Shown one piece after another: positions 17,374 to 25,634 of a DNA stretch of 40,571 bases. The notes beneath the pieces were generated by a model. That model ran no database searches, was not told the DNA's origin, and was given only the letters and a program-made list of their open reading frames with translations. How positions within the stretch are numbered: position 1 is the stretch's first letter; each line of letters begins with the position of its first letter. Both the position numbers and the translations under genes were made by a program. The DNA lies in IMG/VR virus record IMGVR_UViG_3300045988_122265, positions 1 to 40,571 of that record; one strand, given 5' to 3'. This DNA is from a virus.

Positions 17374-18549
17374 ATGGCAATAATTGACAGAAGCGCGGCA
17401 GAAGCTCTCATACAGGAGCAGATTGTAGCGGAGATTTTCCAGAAGCCCGTAGAGGATTCGACCTTCCTGCGGCTTGCCCGCCGTATGCCCGACATGACGT
17501 CCAACCAGACCCGCATAAGGGTACTTGATACCCTGCCCATGGCCTACTGGGTATCGGGCGACACGGGCTTTAAGCAGACCGCCGAACAGGCGTGGGACAA
17601 CGTATACATCAATGCTGAGGAGCTGGCGGTTATCGTCCCCATCCCCGAAGCTGTGCTTGACGATGCGTCCATCGACATCATGGCGCAGGTAACTCCGCGT
17701 GTGCGCGAGCAGTTTGGCCGCATGGTTGACCTTGCGACCATTTTCGGTATAAATAAGCCCGCGTCTTGGCGTGCCGACATAATTACGACCGCACGACAGG
17801 CGGGCAACAACGTGACTGGCGGCACTCTGACTTATGATAACCTTCTGGGCGAGGGCGGCCTCTTTGAGAAGGTTGAAGTCGGCGGCAACGCCATTAACGG
17901 CGTAGTTGCTGCCCTTGCCGCTCGTGCCAAACTGCGCGGCATAAAGACCACGGACGGCCTCCCCATCTTCAAGGCGGATTCCATGCAGGGCGTGACCAAT
18001 TATGCCCTTGACGGTGCGCCCGTATACTTCCCCACCAACGGCGGCTTTGACCCCTCCGTTGCGCTTATGATAGCGGGTGACTGGAATCAGGCGGTATATG
18101 CTATCCGTCAGGACGTGACCGTTAAGATACTCGACCAGGCGATTATACAAGACCCGTCCAGCAAGGCTATTGTCTATAACCTTGCACAGCAGGACATGAT
18201 TGCCTTGCGCGTGGTTTTCCGTATGGGCTGGGCGCTGCCTAATCCCGTATCCGCGATAGACGCTGGCCGCACCATGTGCCCGTTTGCCTATATCGAGCCT
18301 ACCACCGCCGTTACCACGCAGAAAGTAACCTTTACCGTTACCGATGGCGCGACCTCACCCGCCGCGATAGCTGGCGCGAAGGTTGAGGTTGACGGGGTGC
18401 GCAAGATTACCGGAGCAGACGGCAAGGCCGAATTTAATCTGCGCAAGGGAACCTACGCCTACAAGGTGAGCAAGAAGGACGCGACCACCGTGACCGGATC
18501 CGTGACCGTTGCGGCGGCTGCCGTCAATGAAGCCGTTACCCTGAAATAA
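17374..18549 (+). CDS. Major capsid protein (HK97 fold) with a C-terminal Ig/PEGA-like beta domain
   Basis: Position and size fit. MAIIDRSAAEALIQEQIV... LPMAYWVSGD ... resembles the phage capsid family. C-terminal about 75 aa read VTFTVTDG..AKVEVDG..ITGADGKAEF.L..GTYAYKVSK. Confidence 0.8.
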   Translation: MAIIDRSAAEALIQEQIVAEIFQKPVEDSTFLRLARRMPDMTSNQTRIRVLDTLPMAYWVSGDTGFKQTAEQAWDNVYINAEELAVIVPIPEAVLDDASIDIMAQVTPRVREQFGRMVDLATIFGINKPASWRADIITTARQAGNNVTGGTLTYDNLLGEGGLFEKVEVGGNAINGVVAALAARAKLRGIKTTDGLPIFKADSMQGVTNYALDGAPVYFPTNGGFDPSVALMIAGDWNQAVYAIRQDVTVKILDQAIIQDPSSKAIVYNLAQQDMIALRVVFRMGWALPNPVSAIDAGRTMCPFAYIEPTTAVTTQKVTFTVTDGATSPAAIAGAKVEVDGVRKITGADGKAEFNLRKGTYAYKVSKKDATTVTGSVTVAAAAVNEAVTLK

Positions 18550-18559
18550 TCTTTGAATG

Positions 18560-18582
18560 CGGCGGGGCTAAAAACCCCGCCG
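18560..18582 (+). promoter_or_regulatory. GC-rich hairpin after the capsid gene (no U-tract); possible RNA stabilizer or partial terminator
   Basis: CGGCGGGG-ctaaaaa-CCCCGCCG, an 8-bp stem. Confidence 0.4.
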
Positions 18583-18598
18583 AGTTAAGGAGGTAAAG

Positions 18599-18997
18599 AT
18601 GTGCCCGAATATGTATTTGAGCCTACAGGACTATATCCGCTTTGGGGGTAATGTATCCATACACGCGGAAGAATACAGCCGCATTGAATACGCTGCCCGC
18701 AGAAGGATTGACCTATACACCTTTGGGCGCGTAAAGCATATGCGGGAAGTGCCCGAAGCCGTAAAGCGGCTAATGTTCGAGCTGATACACCCGCAAGCCA
18801 CGAGCGCGGCAACCGCGAACAGCACCGCGCCCGTTGCGTCTTTCAGCACGGACGGATATAGCGAAACCTATGTAAACACGCATACCTCCGAATATCTCAG
18901 GTATAGCGGTCAGAAAGAAAAAGCGCTCATATACGAGTATTTGGCGGGTGTGACCGATGATAACGGTGTTGCCCTGCTATATAGCGGAGGTGCGTGA
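18599..18997 (+). CDS. Head-tail connector/adaptor protein (putative)
   Basis: AAGGAGG RBS. First gene after the capsid gene. Size is typical of gp6-like adaptors. Confidence 0.5.
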   Translation: MCPNMYLSLQDYIRFGGNVSIHAEEYSRIEYAARRRIDLYTFGRVKHMREVPEAVKRLMFELIHPQATSAATANSTAPVASFSTDGYSETYVNTHTSEYLRYSGQKEKALIYEYLAGVTDDNGVALLYSGGA

Positions 18998-18998
18998 A

Positions 18999-19349
18999 AT
19001 GCAGCTATGCAATGATACCACAAGCCTTTTCAATAAGCTGCCCGATGGTCAGCGTGGGTACACATGGCGAAAGACCTTGCTACGGGGCGTATCATGGTAC
19101 GCCAAGGACATATCCAGCGTGACCAATGACGGCTTACAGACCGCGCGGCAATTCATAGTCCGCATACCCGATACGACGGGATACGGGGACAAATGGACGC
19201 TGCACACGGGTGATTACATGGTAAAGGGGGACGTGGAATACACCCCCGCAATGGCCGAGGCATATGCGCCCGATGTTATGACCGTGACCGCCGTTATCGA
19301 CAACCGCCGCGTCCCGAACGCCCCGCATATAAAGGTGCTTGGCGCATGA
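18999..19349 (+). CDS. Head closure / head-tail joining protein (putative)
   Basis: GGAGG RBS before ATG 18999. Assignment rests on synteny. Confidence 0.45.
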   Translation: MQLCNDTTSLFNKLPDGQRGYTWRKTLLRGVSWYAKDISSVTNDGLQTARQFIVRIPDTTGYGDKWTLHTGDYMVKGDVEYTPAMAEAYAPDVMTVTAVIDNRRVPNAPHIKVLGA

Positions 19350-19786
19350 TTATAAAGGCCAAATTCAAGTGGAACAAAAGCGTTGAGCAGCTTTTACGCG
19401 ACCGCAACCTTGAAAGCGGCGGCAAGGTGCAAGCGGCGATTGATAATGCCGTTTTGCGGTACATAGACCCATATGTGCCTATGGAGACGGGCGTTTTCAA
19501 GAGCAAGGCGCGGCAGGATTCAAGCCCCGGCAAAATCGTGTACAATGACCCACGGGCGCGGTATTTGTACTACGGCGAGGTATACGGCCCCAATATCCCG
19601 CGTTTTGAGGGCGGGGAGCTCGTAGGCTTTTTCTCGCCAAAGGGACAGCCAAAGCACCCGACAGGGCGCGAGCTGCACTACCGCGGGGAGCCGATGCGCG
19701 GGGCGTTTTGGTTTGAGCGCATGAAAGCCGACCACGGCAAGGACATTTTGAAGGAGGCGCAGGATGCCGCAAATAAACAATATTAG
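19346..19786 (+). CDS. HK97 gp10-like / minor capsid (tail attachment) protein
   Basis: ...AIDNAVLRYIDPYVPMETG.......VYNDPRARYLYYG... resembles the gp10-like neck protein family. ATGA overlap with the upstream gene. Confidence 0.55.
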   Translation: MIIKAKFKWNKSVEQLLRDRNLESGGKVQAAIDNAVLRYIDPYVPMETGVFKSKARQDSSPGKIVYNDPRARYLYYGEVYGPNIPRFEGGELVGFFSPKGQPKHPTGRELHYRGEPMRGAFWFERMKADHGKDILKEAQDAANKQY

Positions 19787-20201
19787 TCAGTTGCGGAGCT
19801 GGCTTTCCGGTTGCCCCGCCATACCCAAAAATGCAGCCATATCCATTGATTACATGGACGGCAGCGCGGCTGAGTACGCGATATATTCCGTGCCTTCAAG
19901 CATAAGATATCACGAAAACGTCCTTGGCGAGTATGTGCCCGATGATATACAGTCCGTGGACTATATCTTGTGCTCAAGCGAGAATTACGGCGCGGACATA
20001 GAGCGGAACGCGGATAACCTTGGGATATATCAGAAAATTGTGAGCTGGATTATAGCGCAGAACGCGGCGCGTAAATTCCCCAAATGGGCGGACGGGACTA
20101 TACAAAGCCTTGTCCCGACACTCACGGCAAACCCGACACAGGCGGGCGCGAATGTAGCCCGCTACCAGATAAACATCAAAATCACATACAGGAGGCAATA
20201 A
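19764..20201 (+). CDS. Tail completion/terminator protein (putative)
   Basis: AAGGAGG RBS. Lies immediately before the major tail protein gene. Confidence 0.45.
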   Translation: MPQINNISQLRSWLSGCPAIPKNAAISIDYMDGSAAEYAIYSVPSSIRYHENVLGEYVPDDIQSVDYILCSSENYGADIERNADNLGIYQKIVSWIIAQNAARKFPKWADGTIQSLVPTLTANPTQAGANVARYQINIKITYRRQ

Positions 20202-20725
20202 TGAAAAAACCCAGAAAAGCATTTTTGCAGGCCGTGGCATACAGCACGGACGCAACCGTTTCCGTTGAGAAGCTTTCGGCGGCGCAGTGGAGCGTGCTCG
20301 GCCACGATACGGACGATTTGTCCCATGAGATGAACCCCGACACAAGCACCAGCAAGAATGTCCTCGGCGAATCGCGCTTTGTGCATAATGGCTATGAGCC
20401 GGAAGTATCCGTTGACACCTTCTACGCCGATGCGGATGAGGCTATCTATGAAACTCTGGTCAAGAACGCCATGACCGAGGATTTCAGCGAGGCAAACAAC
20501 ACGGGCTATTACGCCAAGTGCGAACTCGACACCTTCACCGAAGGAACCACCACGGCCACGGGCACGGCATATGTGCAGCGCTGCTGGATAATCCCGCAGT
20601 CCATGGGCGGCGATACTTCCGGTTTCCAAATTCCCTTCAACGTCAACCCGTTCGGCGCGGTGCAGAAGTTTAACGTGTCCTATAACTGGACTACCTACGC
20701 CGTGACCTTTACAGCGGCTTCCTAA
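20201..20725 (+). CDS. Major tail protein
   Basis: GGAGG RBS before ATG 20201. 174 aa, beta-rich. Assignment rests on its position upstream of the chaperones and tape measure. Confidence 0.6.
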   Translation: MKKPRKAFLQAVAYSTDATVSVEKLSAAQWSVLGHDTDDLSHEMNPDTSTSKNVLGESRFVHNGYEPEVSVDTFYADADEAIYETLVKNAMTEDFSEANNTGYYAKCELDTFTEGTTTATGTAYVQRCWIIPQSMGGDTSGFQIPFNVNPFGAVQKFNVSYNWTTYAVTFTAAS

Positions 20726-20781
20726 GGAGTTGCAACGGGGCTGTACGGTGTTTATCCTCCCGCCATGGCATAAATCCCCGC

Positions 20782-20811
20782 TTGACAACATACCCCCGCA
20801 GGGTCGATAAT
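20782..20811 (+). promoter_or_regulatory. Sigma-70-type promoter of the tail-module moron (TTGACA-18 nt-GATAAT)
   Basis: TTGACA at 20782-20787 and GATAAT at 20806-20811, in the 116-bp gap after the major tail gene. Confidence 0.5.
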
Positions 20812-20841
20812 AAGGCATCAATTCTGTGGGGGTAAAGTCTT

Positions 20842-21444
20842 GTGAAGTGTAAGAAGTGCGGCGCGGAGGTCAAGGGCAACTATTGCCCGAATTGCGGGGC
20901 GAAGGTTGAAAAGTCGAATGCAAAGACGGTGATTATAATTGTTGCGGCGGTATGCGCAATAATATTGATACGGGCTTGCATGTCGGATATTGTAATTGCC
21001 GACCTTAACGAGCCTGATAAAACGCCGTTGCCGTTGACCACGGCTGAACCGACTGCTGAGCCCGATATATACGTATTGGAGACAAGCGCAATCAAGGTGC
21101 AATATGTGTCGCATGAGCTTGTGACAAACCACGATAACGAGACGCTCTTATTGGTCAAATTTGAGTATACAAACAAGGCCAAAAAACCGAAATCGTTTGG
21201 ATGGGCAACAACTATTAAGGCATATCAAGACGGCGTTGAAATTGAGAGTAGCCCCATATCATGGTTTAAGGACGAGCTGCCGGAAGAATGTCAAAACCGA
21301 TGGTTGGAAGTGCAACAGGGCACGACGATAACAGCTGCCGAGACATTTAAGCTGAGAGATATGGAATCCCCTGTGGATATAACGGTAATGGAATGGCCAG
21401 GCATAGGGAGCGAAAAAACAGAACTGACGTTAGATATTAAATAA
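20842..21444 (+). CDS. Moron: zinc-ribbon / single-TM / extracellular DUF4352/DUF5067-like beta-sandwich protein
   Basis: CKKCGAEVKGNYCPNCG, then TM VIIIVAAVCAIILI, then ...LLLVKFEYTNKAKKPKSF.W....AYQDGVE. GTG start. A/T-richer than the flanking sequence. Confidence 0.65.
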   Translation: MKCKKCGAEVKGNYCPNCGAKVEKSNAKTVIIIVAAVCAIILIRACMSDIVIADLNEPDKTPLPLTTAEPTAEPDIYVLETSAIKVQYVSHELVTNHDNETLLLVKFEYTNKAKKPKSFGWATTIKAYQDGVEIESSPISWFKDELPEECQNRWLEVQQGTTITAAETFKLRDMESPVDITVMEWPGIGSEKTELTLDIK

Positions 21445-21460
21445 TTACGGCAAGACACAA

Positions 21461-21486
21461 AGAGGAGCGGGAGCCCCTCTTTTTTG
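21461..21486 (+). terminator. Intrinsic terminator after the moron
   Basis: agaggagcgggagcccctc stem-loop followed by TTTTTT. Confidence 0.5.
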
Positions 21487-21506
21487 ATGCAAAAAGGAGG
21501 TATATC

Positions 21507-21941
21507 ATGAAACGGATAATTGATGATGGCACAATAGAAGTAAAACTCGAAAACAAGTTTGGCAAGCAAATATGCGCGGTGCATATACGCCCCGCCGACA
21601 TATCTATAATAGACAGGCTCAACAGCCTTATGGACGACTTCGGCGACATAGTAGAGCCGCTGAAGGAGTGCGACATAAATGCAGACGGCACGGCGAAATT
21701 TGAAAGCCAATGGGCAGCAATCAAACAGGTGGAAGCCGCGCTGATAGAACGCATAAACACGGTGTTTGACATGGACGAGGCGGCTGACATATTTGCCAAG
21801 CGCAATGCGTTTTCAAGCGTGAATGGCGTGTTTTTTGCCGAAAGCGTAATAACTGCCTTGGGCGATGTAGTGAAGGAAGCCATAGAGAGGGAAAGCAGAG
21901 AAAGCGCGGAGCGCATGAGTAAGTACCTTAAAGACGCATGA
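21507..21941 (+). CDS. Tail assembly chaperone (putative)
   Basis: Acidic 144-aa protein two genes upstream of the tape measure. AAGGAGG RBS. Confidence 0.55.
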   Translation: MKRIIDDGTIEVKLENKFGKQICAVHIRPADISIIDRLNSLMDDFGDIVEPLKECDINADGTAKFESQWAAIKQVEAALIERINTVFDMDEAADIFAKRNAFSSVNGVFFAESVITALGDVVKEAIERESRESAERMSKYLKDA

Positions 21942-22495
21942 TAGGACGGCTAAAAACAAGCCTGTGCGTTGATGGGCGCGAGTATGCTATAAAGCCCGAT
22001 TTTCGCAACATCCTGACAATAATCGAGGCTTACAATGACGAAGGATTAAAGCCACAGGAAAAAGCTTATATATGCCTTACGCGGTTGTATGAAGTTGTCC
22101 CCGATAACATCGAAGCGGCATACAAAGCAGCAATCGACTTTATAGATAACGGCGAGCGCGAGGAAGATAAACAGCCCGCGCGGCTTATTGATTGGGCAAA
22201 AGATGAGAGCATCATGTTCCCAGCGATTAACAAGGCGGCTGGATTTGAAACACGGGCAGCTGAGTTTATCCATTGGCATACGTTTTTAGGCTATTTTATG
22301 GAAGTGGATGATGGTGTATGGCGAACCGTGCTTACGATAAGGCAGAAGAAAGCCAAACACAAAAAACTTGAAAAGTGGGAAGAAGAATTTTTCAAGGCCA
22401 ACAAAAGCATATGCACGGTGGGACACAAGCCGACATGGGAGAATGGCAAGAAGGGACTTGCCGAAATGTTTGAGAAATTAGCAAAGGAACAGTAA
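21938..22495 (+). CDS. Phage Gp15-like tail chaperone-associated protein
   Basis: YAIKPDFRNILTIIEAYND... resembles the Gp15 family. ATGA overlap with the upstream gene. Directly before the tape measure. Confidence 0.55.
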   Translation: MIGRLKTSLCVDGREYAIKPDFRNILTIIEAYNDEGLKPQEKAYICLTRLYEVVPDNIEAAYKAAIDFIDNGEREEDKQPARLIDWAKDESIMFPAINKAAGFETRAAEFIHWHTFLGYFMEVDDGVWRTVLTIRQKKAKHKKLEKWEEEFFKANKSICTVGHKPTWENGKKGLAEMFEKLAKEQ

Positions 22496-22498
22496 CAC

Positions 22499-25213
22499 AT
22501 GGCAAGAGGCGCAGACGGCAGCATTGTTATAGATACTGCTTTGGATAATTCCGGCTTTGAGGCTGGGTCGGCTAAACTATCAAAGGCATGTGATTCGCTA
22601 ATCGGCAAAATTGGCGATATGGGCGCACGGTTGCAAAGCGGATTTGCGTCAACCAGCGGGATTGACAGGATGGCAGCACAGGCCGCAATGGCGCAGCATC
22701 AAATAGACGTGCTGCAAGACAAGCTTAAAGCCTTTGGCAACACGCCCATAAAAACCGAGGATTATGAGGGGCTTGAAAACGCGCTGAAAAAGGCAGAAGC
22801 CGAACTGCTGAAATACCAAGACAGGCAAAACCTTATGCGCGATATGGGCATAGGCGAACAAACGGCACAATGGCAACGACTGGCGGTGCAAATAGCCAAT
22901 ACAGAAGCCATAATCCGGCAGTATCGCATGGAAATGGAATACATGCGGCGGAGCGGACAAGATACCGTCATGGGATTCCAAACGGAGCAATACAAAGCCC
23001 TAATAGGCAAGATAGCAACGGCAAAAGAGCAGCTTGCCCAGTTTTCGGCAGAACAGCAAAAGGCAGCCGAAAAGGCGCGGAAGCTTGAACGGGTAAATAC
23101 CGCATTTGCGAATATAGGCAAGAGCATAAAGGGCGCAATAAAGCGCCTTTTTAGTTTTAACCGAGCGTCACGCAGCAGCGCAGGAGCGACAAACAGCCTT
23201 ATAAGGCGGCTTACGAGCCTTAGAACCCTGCTGATATCACGTATAAGGCGGACGTTTATCACACAGGTTGCAACCGCTGTGCGCGACAGCATACAGACGC
23301 TGGCTAAATACTCCAAGGAGTTTGCCACGGCAATATCGGGCATACGTAATGCGTTTAAGGAACTGGGAGCAAACATAAGCGTTGCAATGTCGGGCGCGCT
23401 GAACGCAATCGCCCCAATTGTAACGCAAATTATAAACTGGCTAAGCAAGATTATAACGTATGTGTCGGCGTTTATTGCCATGCTATCGGGCAAGAACACC
23501 GTTATAGTGGCAAAAAAGCAGAACGAAAGCTACGCGAAATCGCTGGATAAAACGGCTAAGGCGGCAGACAAAGCGCGGCTTGCACTGGCGGGATTTGATG
23601 AAATAAACAACCTGACAACGCAGAAGGATAGCGGTAGCAGCGGCGGCACGTCACCGGGGTCTATGTTCGAAGAAAAGGAAATAGATTCATTGCTGCCTGC
23701 CACGTTAAAGGACTGGTTTGACAAACTTAAAGCCAATATACAGGCTGGCGATTGGTACGGCGTGGGCGCGACCATAGCCGAAGGGATTAACACCGCTGTA
23801 TCAGCTGCACACAAAGCAATAAAGGGAACTGATTTTAAGAAAATCGGAGCCAGTATAGCGAAGTTTATTAACGGGGCTGTTGAAAACACGGACTGGCGCG
23901 AAATCGGCGCAACTCTGTCGGACGGTATAAGCGGGCTGCTTGATATTATAACCGAATTTTTAGAAACGCTGAACTGGCAAAGCCTCGGCGAGAGCATAGC
24001 CGATTTTATAATGGGCATAAAGTGGGGCGAAATTACCCAGAAGCTTGCAGGAGGCATCGGGACACTTATAGGCGGAGTAATCCAACTGCTTTGGGGCTTT
24101 ATTAAAGAAGGCATTGAAGAACAAATAGCCGGATGGGCTGGCGAAGACGGCGAAATGACCGCAACGGAGTTCATACACGGATTTGTGAATACTTGGTCTG
24201 ATATAAAGTTCTGGAACTTTACGAATATCGCCGCCCCGTTGGGTAACAAGTTGGCCGAATCGCTGTTTGGGATAGATGAACAGACGCGCCAAGCTGGCGT
24301 TGATGCGATACAAGCCTTTTTCACCGGCATATTATCAAAATCAGACTTTGGCACATGGATAAACGAGCACATATACACGCCGTTTATGACTTGGCTTAGG
24401 AAATTGTTCGGCCTTGAAGGAGCCGAATCAACGGTTATGGTTGAACAGGGCGAGCGCATTACAGAGGGCTTGCGCAAAGGCATCACCAACAAACTCAAGG
24501 ACATAAAATCGTGGGTGCAGTTGAAGGTATTTACGCCAATCAAAAACGCGGTCAAGACCGCCTTCGGCGTGGTCGGCAATGTTGCAAACAAGTTTTTGGA
24601 CGTTGGCTCTGCGCTGGTTGCTGGCGTAAAAAAAGGCATAAGTAACGCGTGGAACTCGTTTAAGACTTGGGTTGAGGAAAAGTTTCGCGGGATTATTGAT
24701 GGCGTGAAAGGCGTGTTTGGTATACATTCGCCGTCAAAGGTATTTGCGCAGATTGGCGGCTACCTAATGAGCGGACTTGCCGAAGGCATAGACGATGATA
24801 AGGCAATGGTACTGCGGTCGGTTGCCGACATAGCATCAAGCGCAGAGGACGCATTTGACGGCAAAACCCTTAGCGTTAATACTGCCGGATTTGATGGCGT
24901 GTTATCCGTCCTTGACCGTATAGCGGCCAAGATAAGCGACATAACCGACAGTCTCGGCAATTTGCACGTTCCCGCTATGGCAACGGGCGAAGTCATACCC
25001 TATCGCGCTAAGATTGTTGATACTACATATGCGAGCGGCGTGGGTGATGGCGGCGACCTAAAGCAAATCATAATTGACGCATTACGGGCGTTGGGGCTTG
25101 ACAACACTACTATCCAAGTCCTGCTCGATGGCCAAAAAGTATATGACAGCGTGGTTGACTACTCAAAGCGCGACATACGCCGCACGGGGCGATATCCGAT
25201 TTTAGGAGAGTGA
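22499..25213 (+). CDS. Tail tape measure protein
   Basis: 904 aa, helical and repetitive with hydrophobic central segments. The position is canonical. Confidence 0.85.
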   Translation: MARGADGSIVIDTALDNSGFEAGSAKLSKACDSLIGKIGDMGARLQSGFASTSGIDRMAAQAAMAQHQIDVLQDKLKAFGNTPIKTEDYEGLENALKKAEAELLKYQDRQNLMRDMGIGEQTAQWQRLAVQIANTEAIIRQYRMEMEYMRRSGQDTVMGFQTEQYKALIGKIATAKEQLAQFSAEQQKAAEKARKLERVNTAFANIGKSIKGAIKRLFSFNRASRSSAGATNSLIRRLTSLRTLLISRIRRTFITQVATAVRDSIQTLAKYSKEFATAISGIRNAFKELGANISVAMSGALNAIAPIVTQIINWLSKIITYVSAFIAMLSGKNTVIVAKKQNESYAKSLDKTAKAADKARLALAGFDEINNLTTQKDSGSSGGTSPGSMFEEKEIDSLLPATLKDWFDKLKANIQAGDWYGVGATIAEGINTAVSAAHKAIKGTDFKKIGASIAKFINGAVENTDWREIGATLSDGISGLLDIITEFLETLNWQSLGESIADFIMGIKWGEITQKLAGGIGTLIGGVIQLLWGFIKEGIEEQIAGWAGEDGEMTATEFIHGFVNTWSDIKFWNFTNIAAPLGNKLAESLFGIDEQTRQAGVDAIQAFFTGILSKSDFGTWINEHIYTPFMTWLRKLFGLEGAESTVMVEQGERITEGLRKGITNKLKDIKSWVQLKVFTPIKNAVKTAFGVVGNVANKFLDVGSALVAGVKKGISNAWNSFKTWVEEKFRGIIDGVKGVFGIHSPSKVFAQIGGYLMSGLAEGIDDDKAMVLRSVADIASSAEDAFDGKTLSVNTAGFDGVLSVLDRIAAKISDITDSLGNLHVPAMATGEVIPYRAKIVDTTYASGVGDGGDLKQIIIDALRALGLDNTTIQVLLDGQKVYDSVVDYSKRDIRRTGRYPILGE

Positions 25214-25217
25214 AGCA

Positions 25218-25625
25218 ATGGCATTTGAAGGATTCTTGATGAAAGCGTTTGAGACAACGTTCCCGCATAAGTATATACAGATATCGACATATCAGACCAC
25301 GCCGAGCCAACGGCAAGACCTCGACAGCTATCAGGACAGCAAAGGCAATTTGCACCGAACCGTCGTTCCGCATGACCGCTCAAAGATAGTCTTTAAGACG
25401 ATGGATAACCTAAAGCTTGCCGAAAAGCAGGAAATACAGGCTTTCTTTAACGGGGCAATGACCAACGCGCGGGAACGCAAGATAACCCTGACATACTGGA
25501 ATGACGAGGATAATATGTACAAGATGGGATCCTTTTATATTCCCGATGTTACCTACCCCATAAAGCGGATTATGGGGAACGATATCGTATATGATTCGGT
25601 TGAGTATCACCTAATCGAATACTAA
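25218..25625 (+). CDS. Distal tail protein-like (small)
   Basis: First gene after the tape measure. 135 aa, which is short for a Dit. Confidence 0.4.
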   Translation: MAFEGFLMKAFETTFPHKYIQISTYQTTPSQRQDLDSYQDSKGNLHRTVVPHDRSKIVFKTMDNLKLAEKQEIQAFFNGAMTNARERKITLTYWNDEDNMYKMGSFYIPDVTYPIKRIMGNDIVYDSVEYHLIEY

Positions 25626-25634
25626 GGAGGGCGC

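Noticed and set aside
16789-18150. 453-aa minus-strand ORF, plus similar long antisense ORFs at 508..1617, 23530..24639, 29819..30748, 34985..35737 and 22762..23499
   Set aside because: They lie antisense to well-supported genes (capsid, tape measure and others). Their products are Arg/Cys/His-rich and low-complexity, and they lack RBSs. These are typical shadow ORFs of GC-rich coding DNA.
21507-22495. Programmed -1 frameshift (gpG/gpGT-like) in the tail chaperone genes
   Set aside because: The two ORFs are joined by a simple ATGA stop/start overlap. The second begins with its own ATG, and I saw no slippery heptamer near the first ORF's end.
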